A stretch of DNA of 64,000 nt from Thermodesulfobacteriota bacterium (GCA_965263275.1 OZ253668.1:705220-769219); one strand, 5' to 3'; counted from the stretch's first letter, positions 29,147 to 41,838 are shown. Notes: generated from the sequence alone by a model not told the origin. Numbers and translations: made by a program.

Positions 29147-30324
29147 AAAACCTCGCACACCCTCGCCACCAACTCATTGGTAAAAACCCTTCCCTTGGCG
29201 GTCAGTCTCAGGTGGCCACCGTCTGTGAGAATAAAGCCGTCTGACTCAAGGTATTTGAGGCCACAAGCGTCAGGTTCGAAGCCGAAGCGGTTTTTTATAT
29301 CTTCAATTCCTACCCCTCCACTAAGCCTAAGCCCCATAAGAAGCGTATCTTCAAGTGCCGTTGTCCGCGAGAGATCATGAGAGACTGAGACAGCGCTTCC
29401 ATCGCCCGCAATTCGTTTAATGTAGAGTTCCGGATTTCTTACGTTTGACCACCTTCTTCCCCACCCCTTTTCTCCAGCGCGGCGAAGGTGGGAATGGGCC
29501 CCGGCACCTACACCCAGGTAATCATGGCAGTTCCAGTAGATAAGGTTGTGCCTGCACTCATAACCGCTTCGCGCGAAGTTCGATATTTCATAATTGCCGT
29601 ACCCCTCCCCCTCTAGAATCTCCCGCGCGCTTTGCATAAACCTGACCAGAACGGAATCATCGGGAATAGAGAGTTTCCCTTTGCGCAGAAGCGTCGCAAA
29701 CTCCGTACCGGGCTCAATCGTAAGGCAGTAGGCGGATATATGGGTCGGAGAGAAACTGACGCCGGTACGAATATCTTTCTCAAACTCTTCCCGGGTTTCC
29801 TGCGAGCTTCCGTATATAAGATCCAGATTGTAGTTGCGAAAACCCGCGTCCTTGACATCGTAAAGAGCTTTCGTACAGTCATCCGGAGCCGTGTATCTTC
29901 CGTAGAAATCAAGCTTCCTCTGAGAAAAAGACTGTACGCCGACGCTTATTCTGTTTACTCCGATGCGCTTGAACGAAACTAGCTTCTCCTTATCAGCGGT
30001 TCTGGGGTTCACTTCAAGGGTTACTTCTGCCGTGGGTGAAAAAGACGCGATCGAAGCGAGTTTCTCCATTACCAACTCTATGTTTCGGGGTTTGAAAAGC
30101 GACGGGGTTCCTCCCCCGAAAAACACCGTGCTTATCTCTCTGCCTTCAAGAGTCCGCCGGGAACTTTCAATTTCCCTTTTCAGAGCACGGACGTAATCAT
30201 CCTCCGGAAAGTTGCCATTAGTCCCATAAGAGTTAAAATCACAATACGGACATTTGGTAAGACAGTATGGAATATGAACGTATACGCCAAGCGGCGTGTG
30301 GTCTCTATCGATATTCTCTTTCAT
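29140..30324 (-). CDS. hemW: Radical SAM heme chaperone HemW
   Basis: YVHIPYCxxxCxYC, GGGTPS, YEISNF and HNLIYW motifs. Confidence 0.92.
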   Translation of the reverse strand: MKENIDRDHTPLGVYVHIPYCLTKCPYCDFNSYGTNGNFPEDDYVRALKREIESSRRTLEGREISTVFFGGGTPSLFKPRNIELVMEKLASIASFSPTAEVTLEVNPRTADKEKLVSFKRIGVNRISVGVQSFSQRKLDFYGRYTAPDDCTKALYDVKDAGFRNYNLDLIYGSSQETREEFEKDIRTGVSFSPTHISAYCLTIEPGTEFATLLRKGKLSIPDDSVLVRFMQSAREILEGEGYGNYEISNFARSGYECRHNLIYWNCHDYLGVGAGAHSHLRRAGEKGWGRRWSNVRNPELYIKRIAGDGSAVSVSHDLSRTTALEDTLLMGLRLSGGVGIEDIKNRFGFEPDACGLKYLESDGFILTDGGHLRLTAKGRVFTNELVARVCEVFH

Positions 30325-30360
30325 CCGCGCTCAAGCGGCGCACCGGCGGCTGCCACATAG

Positions 30361-31587
30361 ATGAGTATACCGAAAAAACTCCTTCTTTCTCTGATTTCAC
30401 TGCTGCTGTTTTCCCAGACCGCGTGGACACAGGAGATAATCCCGATTGAGCGGGCCGTCGAGATAGCCCTGCTGAACAACCCTGAACTTCGGATTTCCCG
30501 TTCCGAGGTAGACATCTCAAAATCAATACTCAGGCAGACAAAAGCTCCCCTTTACCCCCAGCTCAAGGGAAAACTCGTAGTTCCGTTTGTGGGAAGAGAG
30601 TCCGGCTTTTACGTCGATCAGATGATATGGGACTTCGGAAAGACAAGAGCAAGGGTAAAAGCAAAGAAACATTACCTCGAATCCGCAGAGCATTCGCTTA
30701 CGGGCTCAAAAACGATGCTTGTGCGCGACACGCGCATCGCCTACTACCAAGCCCTTTCCGAGAAAAACCGGCTTCAGGAAGCGACCACGGAAACTCAGCG
30801 CAGGAAATGGCTTCTTGAGAAGACCGAAGAGCTTTTCGCCGTCGGGAAAAAATCCGCCCAGCAGCTAAGTCAGGCAGAAATCGACTTGCAGCAGGCAAAA
30901 CTCGAGCTCGTCTCAAGAGAAAACTCCTATGAACTCGCCATGCTTAACCTCAGACACCTGATGAACGATCCCTCGCTCGGGCAATTCGATATCCGGGAGA
31001 ATCTAGTCTATGAGAAGGTAAATGAGACCAGAGAAGATCTTGTCCATTTCGCCCTTTCCGAAAACACGGAAGTAAAGAGCCTCTCGGCAGACCGCGACGG
31101 AATAAGAGCCTCGCTTGCGGAGAACAGAGGAAAGTTTCTCCCGTCGGTATTCGGCAGGGCCGCGTACAGGTTTGAAGGGGAAGGCGCCCAGACTCCTGCG
31201 CTTATAGCCGGGATCGGCGTAAAGATTCCCATCTTCGAAGGATTCTCAAGATTCGGCCAGATGGCGCAGTCAAGAGCTGAACTCGTAAGAAACGACGCGC
31301 AGACGGAACTGCTCAGAAACAGAATCGTCCTTTCCATCGGAGAACTCTACCTCGAACTCAAACACCTTGAGAAAAAGATGGGAATACTCGCGGAGTCGGA
31401 ATCGATATCGGAGAAGAACCTGCGACTTGCAAAGGAAAGACACGCGGCCCGAAGCACTTCAAAAATAGAACTTGCCGAAGCGCAGGCGCTTTACGAAGGG
31501 GCCGTAGCGGACTATAAAAACTCCATATATGACTATAAAACAGTGAGGTTAAGACTTCTAAGCCTCTGCGGAAAAGATATACCATGA
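30361..31587 (+). CDS. TolC-family outer membrane efflux protein
   Basis: Signal peptide, ALLNNPEL, IWDFG and IPIFEG; helical repeats. Confidence 0.9.
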   Translation: MSIPKKLLLSLISLLLFSQTAWTQEIIPIERAVEIALLNNPELRISRSEVDISKSILRQTKAPLYPQLKGKLVVPFVGRESGFYVDQMIWDFGKTRARVKAKKHYLESAEHSLTGSKTMLVRDTRIAYYQALSEKNRLQEATTETQRRKWLLEKTEELFAVGKKSAQQLSQAEIDLQQAKLELVSRENSYELAMLNLRHLMNDPSLGQFDIRENLVYEKVNETREDLVHFALSENTEVKSLSADRDGIRASLAENRGKFLPSVFGRAAYRFEGEGAQTPALIAGIGVKIPIFEGFSRFGQMAQSRAELVRNDAQTELLRNRIVLSIGELYLELKHLEKKMGILAESESISEKNLRLAKERHAARSTSKIELAEAQALYEGAVADYKNSIYDYKTVRLRLLSLCGKDIP

Positions 31588-32723
31588 AAAACTTGTCCCG
31601 CTCAAAAATTCTCTACGCCGTCGCCGCCGTAGTCGTTATCGTCGGCGGATACTTCCTTTTTTTCGGAAAGAAAGAAGGCCAAATAAAATACGTAACGCAG
31701 AAAATCGAGAGAGGAGACATAACTTCGCTGGTAAGAGCTTCGGGAACCTTAAAACCCACAAAAGAAGCGAGGATATATTCCGAAATAAACGGAACGATAA
31801 AGGAAATCCGCTCGGAGGTAAACGATGAGGTTAAAAAGGGCCAGGTACTAGCCCTCATGGAGGAGCCGGAGGGTCTCTCGGGAGACGTCGAGTATTTTAA
31901 GCAGATGCTGAAAAAAACCGCTACAGACCTTGAGATTTCAACCAATTCGCACGAGGCAAACAAAAGGCTTTATCAAAAAGAACTCATCTCCCGGGAAGAA
32001 TTCAACAAATCTCTTTCCGAACACAGCCTGGCAGTCGCCACCCAGGAAAAAGCCCAGGCCGACCTGGAAACGGCCCAAAGAGGACTCGACGCGACACGAA
32101 TCACCTCCATGCTTGACGGTATGGTGCTTGAAAAAAACATCATAATCGGCGAACAGATACACTCGAATAAATCCGAGCCCCTGTACATACTCGCCGAAGA
32201 CCCGCGAACTCTTCACCTGGTTTCAAATGTAAGTGAAGCCGATATAGGAAAGATAAAACAGGGTCAGGATGCCCTTTTCAGGGTTGACGCCTTCCCGGGG
32301 GAAAATTTCAGCGCGAAGGTAAAGGAAGTGGCGAACTCACCCAGTATAAAAAACGACGTCGTTACCTATAACGTAACGTGCCTAGTGGAGAACCCGGAAC
32401 TTGAGTTAAAACCCGGGATGACCGCCGAAGTGAAGATAGTCATATCAACCAAAAAAGACGTACTGAAAGTTCCCACCGCGGCGCTTCGCTTCATTCCCCC
32501 GAAATCTTCGGCCGTAGCGACCGAGGCGGGCGAGAACGTCTGGACCCTCAGGCAGGGAAAACTCTCCCCCGTAGGAATAGAAACAGGGGTAAGCGACGAC
32601 TTCCACACAGAAATCGTAAACGGCCCGCTCTCAGAAGGAGACTCTATAGTGGTTGAGTACACCATGTCCGGTGGAAACAGCAAGAGTCCGGGCTTTGCGC
32701 TTCCCCAGCCGAAAAGATTCTGA
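31584..32723 (+). CDS. MacA-like periplasmic adaptor
   Basis: N-terminal TM, ASGTL, VKKGQVLA, VSEADIG and LKPGMTA motifs. Confidence 0.92.
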   Translation: MKNLSRSKILYAVAAVVVIVGGYFLFFGKKEGQIKYVTQKIERGDITSLVRASGTLKPTKEARIYSEINGTIKEIRSEVNDEVKKGQVLALMEEPEGLSGDVEYFKQMLKKTATDLEISTNSHEANKRLYQKELISREEFNKSLSEHSLAVATQEKAQADLETAQRGLDATRITSMLDGMVLEKNIIIGEQIHSNKSEPLYILAEDPRTLHLVSNVSEADIGKIKQGQDALFRVDAFPGENFSAKVKEVANSPSIKNDVVTYNVTCLVENPELELKPGMTAEVKIVISTKKDVLKVPTAALRFIPPKSSAVATEAGENVWTLRQGKLSPVGIETGVSDDFHTEIVNGPLSEGDSIVVEYTMSGGNSKSPGFALPQPKRF

Positions 32724-33418
32724 TGACACCGCCTGTAATCAAGCTTAAAAACATCGGCAAAACCTACTCGAACGGAAAAATGCAGGTCGAAGCGCTTCGG
32801 TCGATAAACCTTGAAATCGGGCAGGGAGAATTTGTCGCCATCATGGGGTCTTCGGGGTCAGGCAAAAGCACCCTTATGAATATTATCGGCTGCCTTGACA
32901 CACAGAGCCGTGGAGACTACCTGCTTGACGGTACTGATATAATGGAACTTGAAACGGACGGGAAGGCAGAGATAAGAAGCACGAAAATCGGTTTTGTCTT
33001 CCAGAGCTTTAACCTGCTGCCGCGGACGACGGCACTTGAAAACGTGGAGCTGCCGTTAGTCTATTCCGCCATTGCGGGAGCGAAGAGAAAAAAGCTTGCC
33101 TCAGCCGCGCTCGCTCTCGTCGGACTCGGTCAGAGGGCAGATCACCTTCCTAACCAGCTCTCGGGGGGACAGCAGCAAAGAGTGGCGATAGCGAGGGCAG
33201 TTGTAAACGACCCGAGGATAATACTCGCAGACGAACCAACCGGAAATCTGGATACGGCCACCAGTTACGAGATAATGAAGATATTCAGGGACCTGAACGA
33301 CCAGGGAAAAACGATAGTAATGATAACGCACGAAGAAGACATAGCCTCCCACTCGAAAAGGATAATAAACCTAAAGGACGGGGAAATCACCACTGACAGA
33401 CCGAACAGCCCAGTCTGA
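32723..33418 (+). CDS. MacB/LolD-type ABC ATP-binding protein
   Basis: [17 protein letters not shown] and DEPTGNLD. Confidence 0.95.
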   Translation: MTPPVIKLKNIGKTYSNGKMQVEALRSINLEIGQGEFVAIMGSSGSGKSTLMNIIGCLDTQSRGDYLLDGTDIMELETDGKAEIRSTKIGFVFQSFNLLPRTTALENVELPLVYSAIAGAKRKKLASAALALVGLGQRADHLPNQLSGGQQQRVAIARAVVNDPRIILADEPTGNLDTATSYEIMKIFRDLNDQGKTIVMITHEEDIASHSKRIINLKDGEITTDRPNSPV

Positions 33419-33532
33419 TTCACCCGATTTACTGCCCCGCCGTCTCGAGTGGGGGAGATCTTAAAAAAGGTTTGATTGTTTTGCCCCGCGTGGTAGTTTG
33501 ATACCTTTCTAAAATCTTAAAGGAGTCAATAA

Positions 33533-34810
<1,278 letters not shown>

Positions 34811-34812
34811 TC

Positions 34813-36237
34813 ATGGCGGGAAAAACTCTTTTTGACAAAATCTGGGAATCTCACCTTGTTCACGAAGAAGAGGGCAAGCCGTCCCTTCTCTATGTAGATC
34901 TTCACCTCGTTCACGAAGTCACTTCACCCCAGGCGTTTGAAGGACTAAGAATCACGGGGCGGGGAGTAAGACGGCCCGAGCTTACTTTCGCCACAATGGA
35001 CCACAACGTTCCGACCACAGACCGAAGCGAACCCATTTCTGATCCCATATCCGCAAAGCAGATAGAAACTCTCAGACAAAACTGCAAGGATTTCGGAGTA
35101 ACGCTTTTCGGAATAAGAATAAACAACCATTCCCAAGGCATAGTGCATGTGATCGGTCCCGAACTCGGCCTTACAAAACCAGGGATGACGATAGTATGTG
35201 GAGACAGCCATACTTCCACCCACGGGGCGTTTGGATCTCTTGCTTTCGGCATAGGAACAAGCGAAGTGGAACATGTCCTGGCGACACAGTGCTTAAGACA
35301 GAATCGCCCGAAGGTGTTTGAAATAAGGGTTGAGGGTGAACGCCAGTACGGGGTTACCGCAAAGGACATAATCCTGGGCATAATCGGACATATAGGAACT
35401 GCAGGGGCCACCGGAACCGTAGTCGAATATTGCGGGGAAGCGATAGAAGCGCTTTCCATGGAAGAAAGGATGACGGTGTGCAACATGTCAATAGAGGGAG
35501 GGGCAAGAGCCGGAATGATAGCGCCGGACCAAAAGACCTTCGAGTACGTGAAGGGTCGCCGGTACGCGCCGAAAAACAGTAATTACGAAAAAGCCCTTGA
35601 GCACTGGAAAACGCTCAGCACGGATCCCGACGCCGTTTTTGACAAATCGGTCAGCCTTGACGCCCGCAAGATAGCACCGCAGGTAAGCTGGGGAACTAAC
35701 CCGGGAATGGTAACGGATGTAACTTCAAAAGTGCCTGACCCTGGGGAATGCGAAGACGCAGGCAGAAGGAAATCCATGGAGCAGGCTCTTGAGTATATGG
35801 GTCTTAAGGCGAATACCCCGATAACGGATATACACGTGGACAGGGTGTTTATAGGTTCCTGCACGAATTCCAGAATGGAAGATCTTCTGGCGGTTGCGAA
35901 ATTGGTAAAAGGTAAAAAAATCGCCGGCGGAGTAAACGCCATGGTAGTTCCCGGCTCCCAGCTCGTAAAGAAAAAAGCAGAGGAAATGGAACTTCACAAG
36001 ATATTTACCGAGGCTGGATTTGAGTGGCGCGAATCAGGATGCAGCATGTGTCTTGGAATGAACCCCGACATACTCGCTCCGGGGGAAAGATGCGCCAGCA
36101 CGTCTAACAGAAACTTCGAGGGCCGCCAGGGGAAAGGGGGGAGAACCCACTTGGTAAGCCCGATAATGGCGGCTGCCGCGGCACTCACTGGACATTTCGT
36201 GGACGTGCGCGACTGGGAAATAGGAAAGGGGATCTGA
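34813..36237 (+). CDS. leuC: 3-isopropylmalate dehydratase large subunit
   Basis: [16 protein letters not shown] and [12 protein letters not shown]. Confidence 0.98.
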   Translation: MAGKTLFDKIWESHLVHEEEGKPSLLYVDLHLVHEVTSPQAFEGLRITGRGVRRPELTFATMDHNVPTTDRSEPISDPISAKQIETLRQNCKDFGVTLFGIRINNHSQGIVHVIGPELGLTKPGMTIVCGDSHTSTHGAFGSLAFGIGTSEVEHVLATQCLRQNRPKVFEIRVEGERQYGVTAKDIILGIIGHIGTAGATGTVVEYCGEAIEALSMEERMTVCNMSIEGGARAGMIAPDQKTFEYVKGRRYAPKNSNYEKALEHWKTLSTDPDAVFDKSVSLDARKIAPQVSWGTNPGMVTDVTSKVPDPGECEDAGRRKSMEQALEYMGLKANTPITDIHVDRVFIGSCTNSRMEDLLAVAKLVKGKKIAGGVNAMVVPGSQLVKKKAEEMELHKIFTEAGFEWRESGCSMCLGMNPDILAPGERCASTSNRNFEGRQGKGGRTHLVSPIMAAAAALTGHFVDVRDWEIGKGI

Positions 36238-36241
36238 AATA

Positions 36242-36868
36242 ATGGAGAAACTTAGCAAGATATCGGGAAAAGTAGCGGCTCTTGACAGAATGAACGTCGA
36301 CACCGACCAGATAATCCCCAAACAGTTCCTAAAACGCATTGAGAGAACCGGATTCGGAGAATTTTTGTTTTTCGACTGGAAGTACAACGACGACGGAACC
36401 TTAAACGAGGACTTCGAACTCAACCTGCCAAGATACTCAGGCGCCTGCATACTGCTCACAAGAGAGAATTTCGGAAGCGGAAGCTCGAGAGAGCATGCCC
36501 CTTGGTCCATAAGGGAAGCGGGTTTTCGGGTAATACTGGCTCCTTCCTTCGCCGATATCTTTTACAGCAACTGTTTTAAGAACTCGATACTTCCCATAGT
36601 TGTTTCCAAAGACAAAACGGATGAGCTTTTTCAACTTGTATGGGAAAACGAAGGCTATTCCCTAGAGGTTGACCTGGTTAAAAAATCCGTAACTGGGAAA
36701 GGAATAGACTTTTCATTTGAGATAGACGATTTCAAAAGAAAAGTGCTCCTTGAAGGACTTGACGACATATCCCAAACCCTTGAGGTAGAAGACAGCATAG
36801 AAAAGTATGAAAAACTTTTCACGGATAAAAGAAGCTGGGTTTTTCCAGATGAGCGAAAAAGCCCTTAG
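36242..36868 (+). CDS. leuD: 3-isopropylmalate dehydratase small subunit
   Basis: NVDTDQIIPKQFL and NFGSGSSREHA. Confidence 0.98.
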   Translation: MEKLSKISGKVAALDRMNVDTDQIIPKQFLKRIERTGFGEFLFFDWKYNDDGTLNEDFELNLPRYSGACILLTRENFGSGSSREHAPWSIREAGFRVILAPSFADIFYSNCFKNSILPIVVSKDKTDELFQLVWENEGYSLEVDLVKKSVTGKGIDFSFEIDDFKRKVLLEGLDDISQTLEVEDSIEKYEKLFTDKRSWVFPDERKSP

Positions 36869-36888
36869 GCCTCACCCCTTCCCTGTTT

Positions 36889-37110
36889 TTACTTTCTGAA
36901 GAAAAGCTTTCCCAGAAGCGTAAGCAAAACGCTCAGTACTATGCAGGTCGCAATCGGGAAATAAAAACTGTAGTTCTCACCCTTGATTCTTATGTCTCCC
37001 GGGAGTTTCCCGAGAAAATCAAGTCTCGCCGCGTAAGGCAGAATGACTCCGAGCGCTATGAGCACCACACCAAGAATGATTACGGCCCTTGCGACTTCGT
37101 TTATATTCAC
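36889..37110 (-). CDS. DUF2905-family small membrane protein
   Basis: LGKLPGDI...FYFPIATC between two TM helices. Confidence 0.85.
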   Translation of the reverse strand: MNINEVARAVIILGVVLIALGVILPYAARLDFLGKLPGDIRIKGENYSFYFPIATCIVLSVLLTLLGKLFFRK

Positions 37111-37339
37111 ATAAAAAAGATAACCGCATGAAAATAATTAAGAAATTTCCCGTGGTGCCAAAGTTTTTCTGATATTATGCGATTACTGGTTTCCCGACAA
37201 CCTGAATACGCTTACCTCTATACTTGACCCTTGGGAACTGGTATGGAAATCCAAGATTGCGTTCCGACTTTTCCTCAGGAAGTTTATAAGAAGAATTTTA
37301 AAACTTTGTAGTTTTGACAACTTCTTAGGAGAAATTCAG

Positions 37340-39061
37340 ATGAAATACAGAAAAATATTTTTAGTCTTGACAATGATAGTTGCAGGACTTCTCGCAACTT
37401 CCTGTGGAGATGCCGATGATGATACCTTGACCATACTTTACTGGCAGGCCCCTACTATCGCCAATCCTTATCTTGCCGGAGGGAATAAAGATGTTGATGC
37501 CAGCGCTTTGATTTTAGAGCCCTTGGCGAACTATGATGAACAGGGAAGGTTAGTACCTCGTCTGGCCGAGGAAATTCCAACCGTGGAAAATGGTGGCATA
37601 TCAGAGGATATGACCACAATTACCTGGAAGCTTAAAGAAGGAATTCTCTGGTCCGACGGCACTCCTCTCACGGTCGAAGATATTATATTCACCCACAGAT
37701 ACCTGTGTTCCCTGCCAGCAACAGAAGATGTGTGTGATCTCGTCCCCGTAGGGAATGTGGACCCTGTCAAGGACCTTCCCCTTAATATTAGAATTACCTT
37801 CACTTCCCCCGTAACCTACCCGTATACTCTTTTTGTTGGAGCCTCACTACCCGTTCTGCAGAAAGCGCAGTTTGCAAACTGCGTCGGCGAGGTAGCTCAG
37901 GGGTGTCGCACGGAGAACCTATACCCCATCGGCACGGGACCCTACAAAATTATCGATTTCACAGTCAGCGAATCGGAGACAGAAACCACATCGGTTCTCA
38001 ATTATGAAATCAACGAACATTTCCGCTCGACCGAGAAACTCTTTTCAAAAGTAGTCATCAAAGGCGGCGGGGACGCTGCCGCATCCGCCCGGGCCGTTCT
38101 GGAAACGGGAGAGGCTGATTATGGTTGGAACTTACAAGTGGACCCCGAAACCCTAAAAACTCTGGAGGATGGTGGCAAGGGAATGGTTGAGCCCGCCTTC
38201 GCCTCCCTCGTTGAGCATCTGGTGGTAAACTTCACCAATCCTGATCCGGCTTTGGGAGATCAACGTTCGGAGTGGTTAGAAGGTAATAACCCCCATCCTT
38301 TCCTGACCGACCTGGCCGTACGCAAAGCCTTGTCCTTAGCCATTGACCGCGTCCATATTGCCGAACAACTGTACGGCCATACGGGCAGGGCAACCTGTAA
38401 TGTCCTTCCGGCTCCTCTGGAGTACGCTTCACCCAACAATGATGAATGTCTAACTCAGGATATCGAGGGAGCGAAGACATTGCTCGATGAGGCTGGCTGG
38501 ACACCTGGAGACGACGGCATTCGCGAGAAAGGCGGAACCCGCCTGAATATTACCTATCAGACCTCCACCAACCCGGTTCGCCAAGCGACCCAAGAGCTGA
38601 TTCAGAGATGGTGGCAAGAAATAGGGGTGGAAACCGAGTTGAACAATATTGATGGGGGTGTTTTCTTCAGCAGTGACCCCGACAACCCCAACAATCTCTG
38701 GAGATTCTATGCTGACGTTCAAATGTTTGCCAACGAGGCATCCATTGATCCGCAGGGTTATCTGTCAGGCTGGCAGACTACTGAAATTACCAGTTCTGAA
38801 AATAACTGGATGGGCGGTAACATACCCCGCTGGTCCAATAAGCAGTACGATGATCGCTATCAAAAATTGAGACAGACCCCCATTGGCACAGACCGCGAGA
38901 ACTTAGTCATTGAATTAAACGATCTGCTGGTCCAAAATTATGTACTGATTCCTTTGGTTGACCGTGCTTTTGCCTCGGCTTTCAGTAACAGCCTCAAGGG
39001 AGTTCGGGTGAACGGCTGGGACTCCGAACTTTGGAATATTCACGAGTGGTACAGGGAATAA
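37340..39061 (+). CDS. Peptide ABC transporter substrate-binding lipoprotein (family 5), orphan
   Basis: Lipobox-like ATSC, LAEEIPTVENG, WSDGTP and VRKALSLAIDR. Confidence 0.9.
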   Translation: MKYRKIFLVLTMIVAGLLATSCGDADDDTLTILYWQAPTIANPYLAGGNKDVDASALILEPLANYDEQGRLVPRLAEEIPTVENGGISEDMTTITWKLKEGILWSDGTPLTVEDIIFTHRYLCSLPATEDVCDLVPVGNVDPVKDLPLNIRITFTSPVTYPYTLFVGASLPVLQKAQFANCVGEVAQGCRTENLYPIGTGPYKIIDFTVSESETETTSVLNYEINEHFRSTEKLFSKVVIKGGGDAAASARAVLETGEADYGWNLQVDPETLKTLEDGGKGMVEPAFASLVEHLVVNFTNPDPALGDQRSEWLEGNNPHPFLTDLAVRKALSLAIDRVHIAEQLYGHTGRATCNVLPAPLEYASPNNDECLTQDIEGAKTLLDEAGWTPGDDGIREKGGTRLNITYQTSTNPVRQATQELIQRWWQEIGVETELNNIDGGVFFSSDPDNPNNLWRFYADVQMFANEASIDPQGYLSGWQTTEITSSENNWMGGNIPRWSNKQYDDRYQKLRQTPIGTDRENLVIELNDLLVQNYVLIPLVDRAFASAFSNSLKGVRVNGWDSELWNIHEWYRE

Positions 39062-39392
39062 TACGACCCGCCAGTACCCAGCAGACTCGCGGCTTGGGTT
39101 TTGCGATCGAGCCGGTAAAAGGAAGTTCCAGTGGATACTTCACAAGCGGAGCTTCGCATTAAAGCGGTCTGTGCTACCGCTGAAGAGCTTGATATCCCCA
39201 AGCCCACCTGACGACTACAACTTACCTTGCCTGAGTCTCCTCTGAGCAGTCACTCTTAACGCACAAACTCCTGATTAACGCTTTATAGTTCCGGGAGAAT
39301 GAAGATTAAATAAAAGGGTCAAATGGTGTTATAATCTAGATAGGTTGGTTTTATGGGGTCGGGGGAATAAAAAAAAGGAGAGAAATGGTTTA

Positions 39393-40814
39393 ATGAGCGG
39401 AGTCGGTCTTGCGCAGACCCCGAATGTCGTACAGAAGCAAAAACTCATATTAACCCAGCATCTCAGGCTTTTTCTAAGCCTGATCCAGATGAACACGGTT
39501 GAGCTCAGGGAATATCTTGAAGAGCAACTCATAGAAAACCCCGCCCTTGAAGAAGACCTTGACTCATCCGCGGAAACAGAGAAAGAAGACCAGGGAGAAT
39601 CCCTTCTGAATGAACTCGGTCCGACAGAAACCGACTACCCGATGCCCGAAGAGTTTTCCTCGGAGAGAAATGAGGAGACAGCGTGGGAAAACCAGATTCC
39701 CGATCAGGGCTCCCTGTTTGAACACCTCAACTGGCAACTCTCAATGACTGATTTAAGCGAACGGCAAAAGCAGATAGCTTCGCTTATCATCGGAAACATA
39801 AACGAGGACGGATACCTTGAGATCGAACTTGAGGAAATAGCAAAACTGCTTGACGTAAAAGGTTCCTCCACGGCGGATGGGGACAGCATGGCAGAGGTAG
39901 CATGGATCGCCGAGAAAATACGCACCACTTTTGATCCCGTCGGAATCGGTTCCCGCACCCTCTCTGAGTGTCTAGTCGCGCAGGCTACGGACCTCGGTTA
40001 CGAAAGGGGAAGCTCGCTTATGCGGTTGGTGGAAAATCATATTGACGATCTGGGCGAAAAAGACTACGACAAGATCTGTTCGGAACTTGACGTAAAAAGG
40101 GAAGACATAAAGGAGATTGAAACCGTAATAACCTCCCTTGAGCCCAAGCCGGGGCGTCCCTATTACACCAAAGACACCGCCAGAAATATCGTTCCCGACT
40201 TTTATGTGTACAAGGTGGGCGATGACCTGCAGATCCAGTCAAACAGAAGCTTTCCGAAACTCAGGATAAGTTCCTACTGCAGAAAAATTCTCGCCGACCG
40301 TGCCAACCTCACCGGAGAAATCACGGATTATCTGCGGGAAAAAATCGAGGTGGCTCAGAGAATCGTCCGCTGTATCGAAGAGCGGGAAACCACGATACGC
40401 AAGGTAATGGAAAAAATCGTAAACGAGCAAAAAGAGTTTTTCGACCACGGCAGTGCTTACATAAAACCCCTCAGGTTAAGGGATGTGGCTGACACCGTGG
40501 GTATCCACGAATCAACTGTGAGCCGGATAACGAGCAGAAAATACATACAGTGTCCCCAAGGGGTTGTAGAACTTAAAAAGCTTTTCTCAAGAGCGGTTCA
40601 CTCGTCAAACGGGCAAAAGGTTTCGCTTGAAAAGATAAAATCAATGATAAGGGGAATAGTTGACGACGAACCTGCCCGATGTGCGTTCTCCGACGAAGAC
40701 ATATCCAGGATACTCTCTATGAAAAACGTAAAGGTCGCGAGAAGAACGGTCGCGAAATACAGAAAAATACTCGGCATACCCAGTTCATCAAAAAGACTAT
40801 CAAAGGAGGCTTGA
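39393..40814 (+). CDS. rpoN: RNA polymerase sigma-54 factor
   Basis: HESTVSR and the RpoN box ARRTVAKYR. Confidence 0.97.
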   Translation: MSGVGLAQTPNVVQKQKLILTQHLRLFLSLIQMNTVELREYLEEQLIENPALEEDLDSSAETEKEDQGESLLNELGPTETDYPMPEEFSSERNEETAWENQIPDQGSLFEHLNWQLSMTDLSERQKQIASLIIGNINEDGYLEIELEEIAKLLDVKGSSTADGDSMAEVAWIAEKIRTTFDPVGIGSRTLSECLVAQATDLGYERGSSLMRLVENHIDDLGEKDYDKICSELDVKREDIKEIETVITSLEPKPGRPYYTKDTARNIVPDFYVYKVGDDLQIQSNRSFPKLRISSYCRKILADRANLTGEITDYLREKIEVAQRIVRCIEERETTIRKVMEKIVNEQKEFFDHGSAYIKPLRLRDVADTVGIHESTVSRITSRKYIQCPQGVVELKKLFSRAVHSSNGQKVSLEKIKSMIRGIVDDEPARCAFSDEDISRILSMKNVKVARRTVAKYRKILGIPSSSKRLSKEA

Positions 40815-40817
40815 ACC

Positions 40818-41360
40818 ATGAAAATTGATATCATCACGAAAAACATTCCCGACAGAAGAAAATCGGAGCACCTAAAGCGTTACGCGATGAAGAAACTGCC
40901 AAAGCTCCAGAGGTACATAGATCCCGAGAGAAATCCTTCAGAGGCGAAAATACTTCTTTCGGCTGAGAAACTCAGAAACAGCGCAGAAATAACAATCAGC
41001 TCAGGGCCACTAAAAGCGGCCGCATCAGTAGAAACGGAGGAAATGCACTCCGCCATAGACAAACTTTTCGACACGATCGTAAAGCAACTGCGAAGAAGAA
41101 CCGACAAGCAACTGACTTTAAGGAGAAGAAACATCTCAAAGACTCCTTCTGCGGCGCGCGCGCAGAAAACGGAAGGGGAAAACAACCTGAGGGTAGATCA
41201 CCAGTCTCTAAGCCCCAAGCCCATGAGCGTTGCGGAAGCACTGCTGCAGCTTGACGCGTCCGAAGAGAGGTTCGTGGCTTTTAGAAACAGCGAGACGCTT
41301 GAGATGAATGTTGTTTACAAAAAAACTGATTCGAAAAAGGTACGACTTCTTACCCCCTGA
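40818..41360 (+). CDS. hpf: Long ribosome hibernation promoting factor
   Basis: Follows rpoN; MHSAID...KQLRR and C-terminal KPMSVAEA...NVVYK. Confidence 0.88.
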   Translation: MKIDIITKNIPDRRKSEHLKRYAMKKLPKLQRYIDPERNPSEAKILLSAEKLRNSAEITISSGPLKAAASVETEEMHSAIDKLFDTIVKQLRRRTDKQLTLRRRNISKTPSAARAQKTEGENNLRVDHQSLSPKPMSVAEALLQLDASEERFVAFRNSETLEMNVVYKKTDSKKVRLLTP

Positions 41361-41373
41361 ACACGGAAAAAAA

Positions 41374-41838
41374 GTGAGAATCTCGGAATGCCTGGAAAAA
41401 AATTCCGTATTTCCCGAGCTCGTTTCGACTACAAAACCGGACGTGCTGCGAGAGCTGTCAGAAAAAGTCGCAGAAGCTATACCCAGGCTTAACGTGCAGA
41501 GACTCAACGAAACTCTGGTTGAACGTGAGGGACTGTGCAGCACAGCAATTGATTCCGGAGTAGCAATCCCACACGTAAAGCTCCTTGACATCCCGAATAT
41601 AACCATCGCATTTGCCAGAAGCGAAACGGGGATTGATTTTGACTCGCTGGACGGAGAAAAAACCCATCTTTTCGCCGTTCTGATAACCCCTGAGAACTGT
41701 TCCACGGAAACCCGAATAACATTGCTTGCGCGAATATCCAGGATACTCGGGCAAAACGACGTGAGGTCGAAACTTGTTGCTTCAAAAGAGGCTTCTGAGA
41801 TTTACAACCTGCTGATTGAAGAAGATGAGAAACTCTGA
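41374..41838 (+). CDS. ptsN: PTS EIIA(Ntr)-like protein
   Basis: EREGLCSTAIDSGVAIPH and FDSLDG. Confidence 0.9.
   Translation: MRISECLEKNSVFPELVSTTKPDVLRELSEKVAEAIPRLNVQRLNETLVEREGLCSTAIDSGVAIPHVKLLDIPNITIAFARSETGIDFDSLDGEKTHLFAVLITPENCSTETRITLLARISRILGQNDVRSKLVASKEASEIYNLLIEEDEKL

Noticed and set aside
37218-37236. Faint similarity (TATACTTGACCCTTGGG) to the tnpB element TIR
   Set aside because: Short, gapped, with no partner IR or TSD; more likely a -35 box.
39471-39480. TTTCTAAGCC matching 10 nt of the CRISPR repeat
   Set aside because: Inside rpoN coding sequence with no hairpin; chance match.
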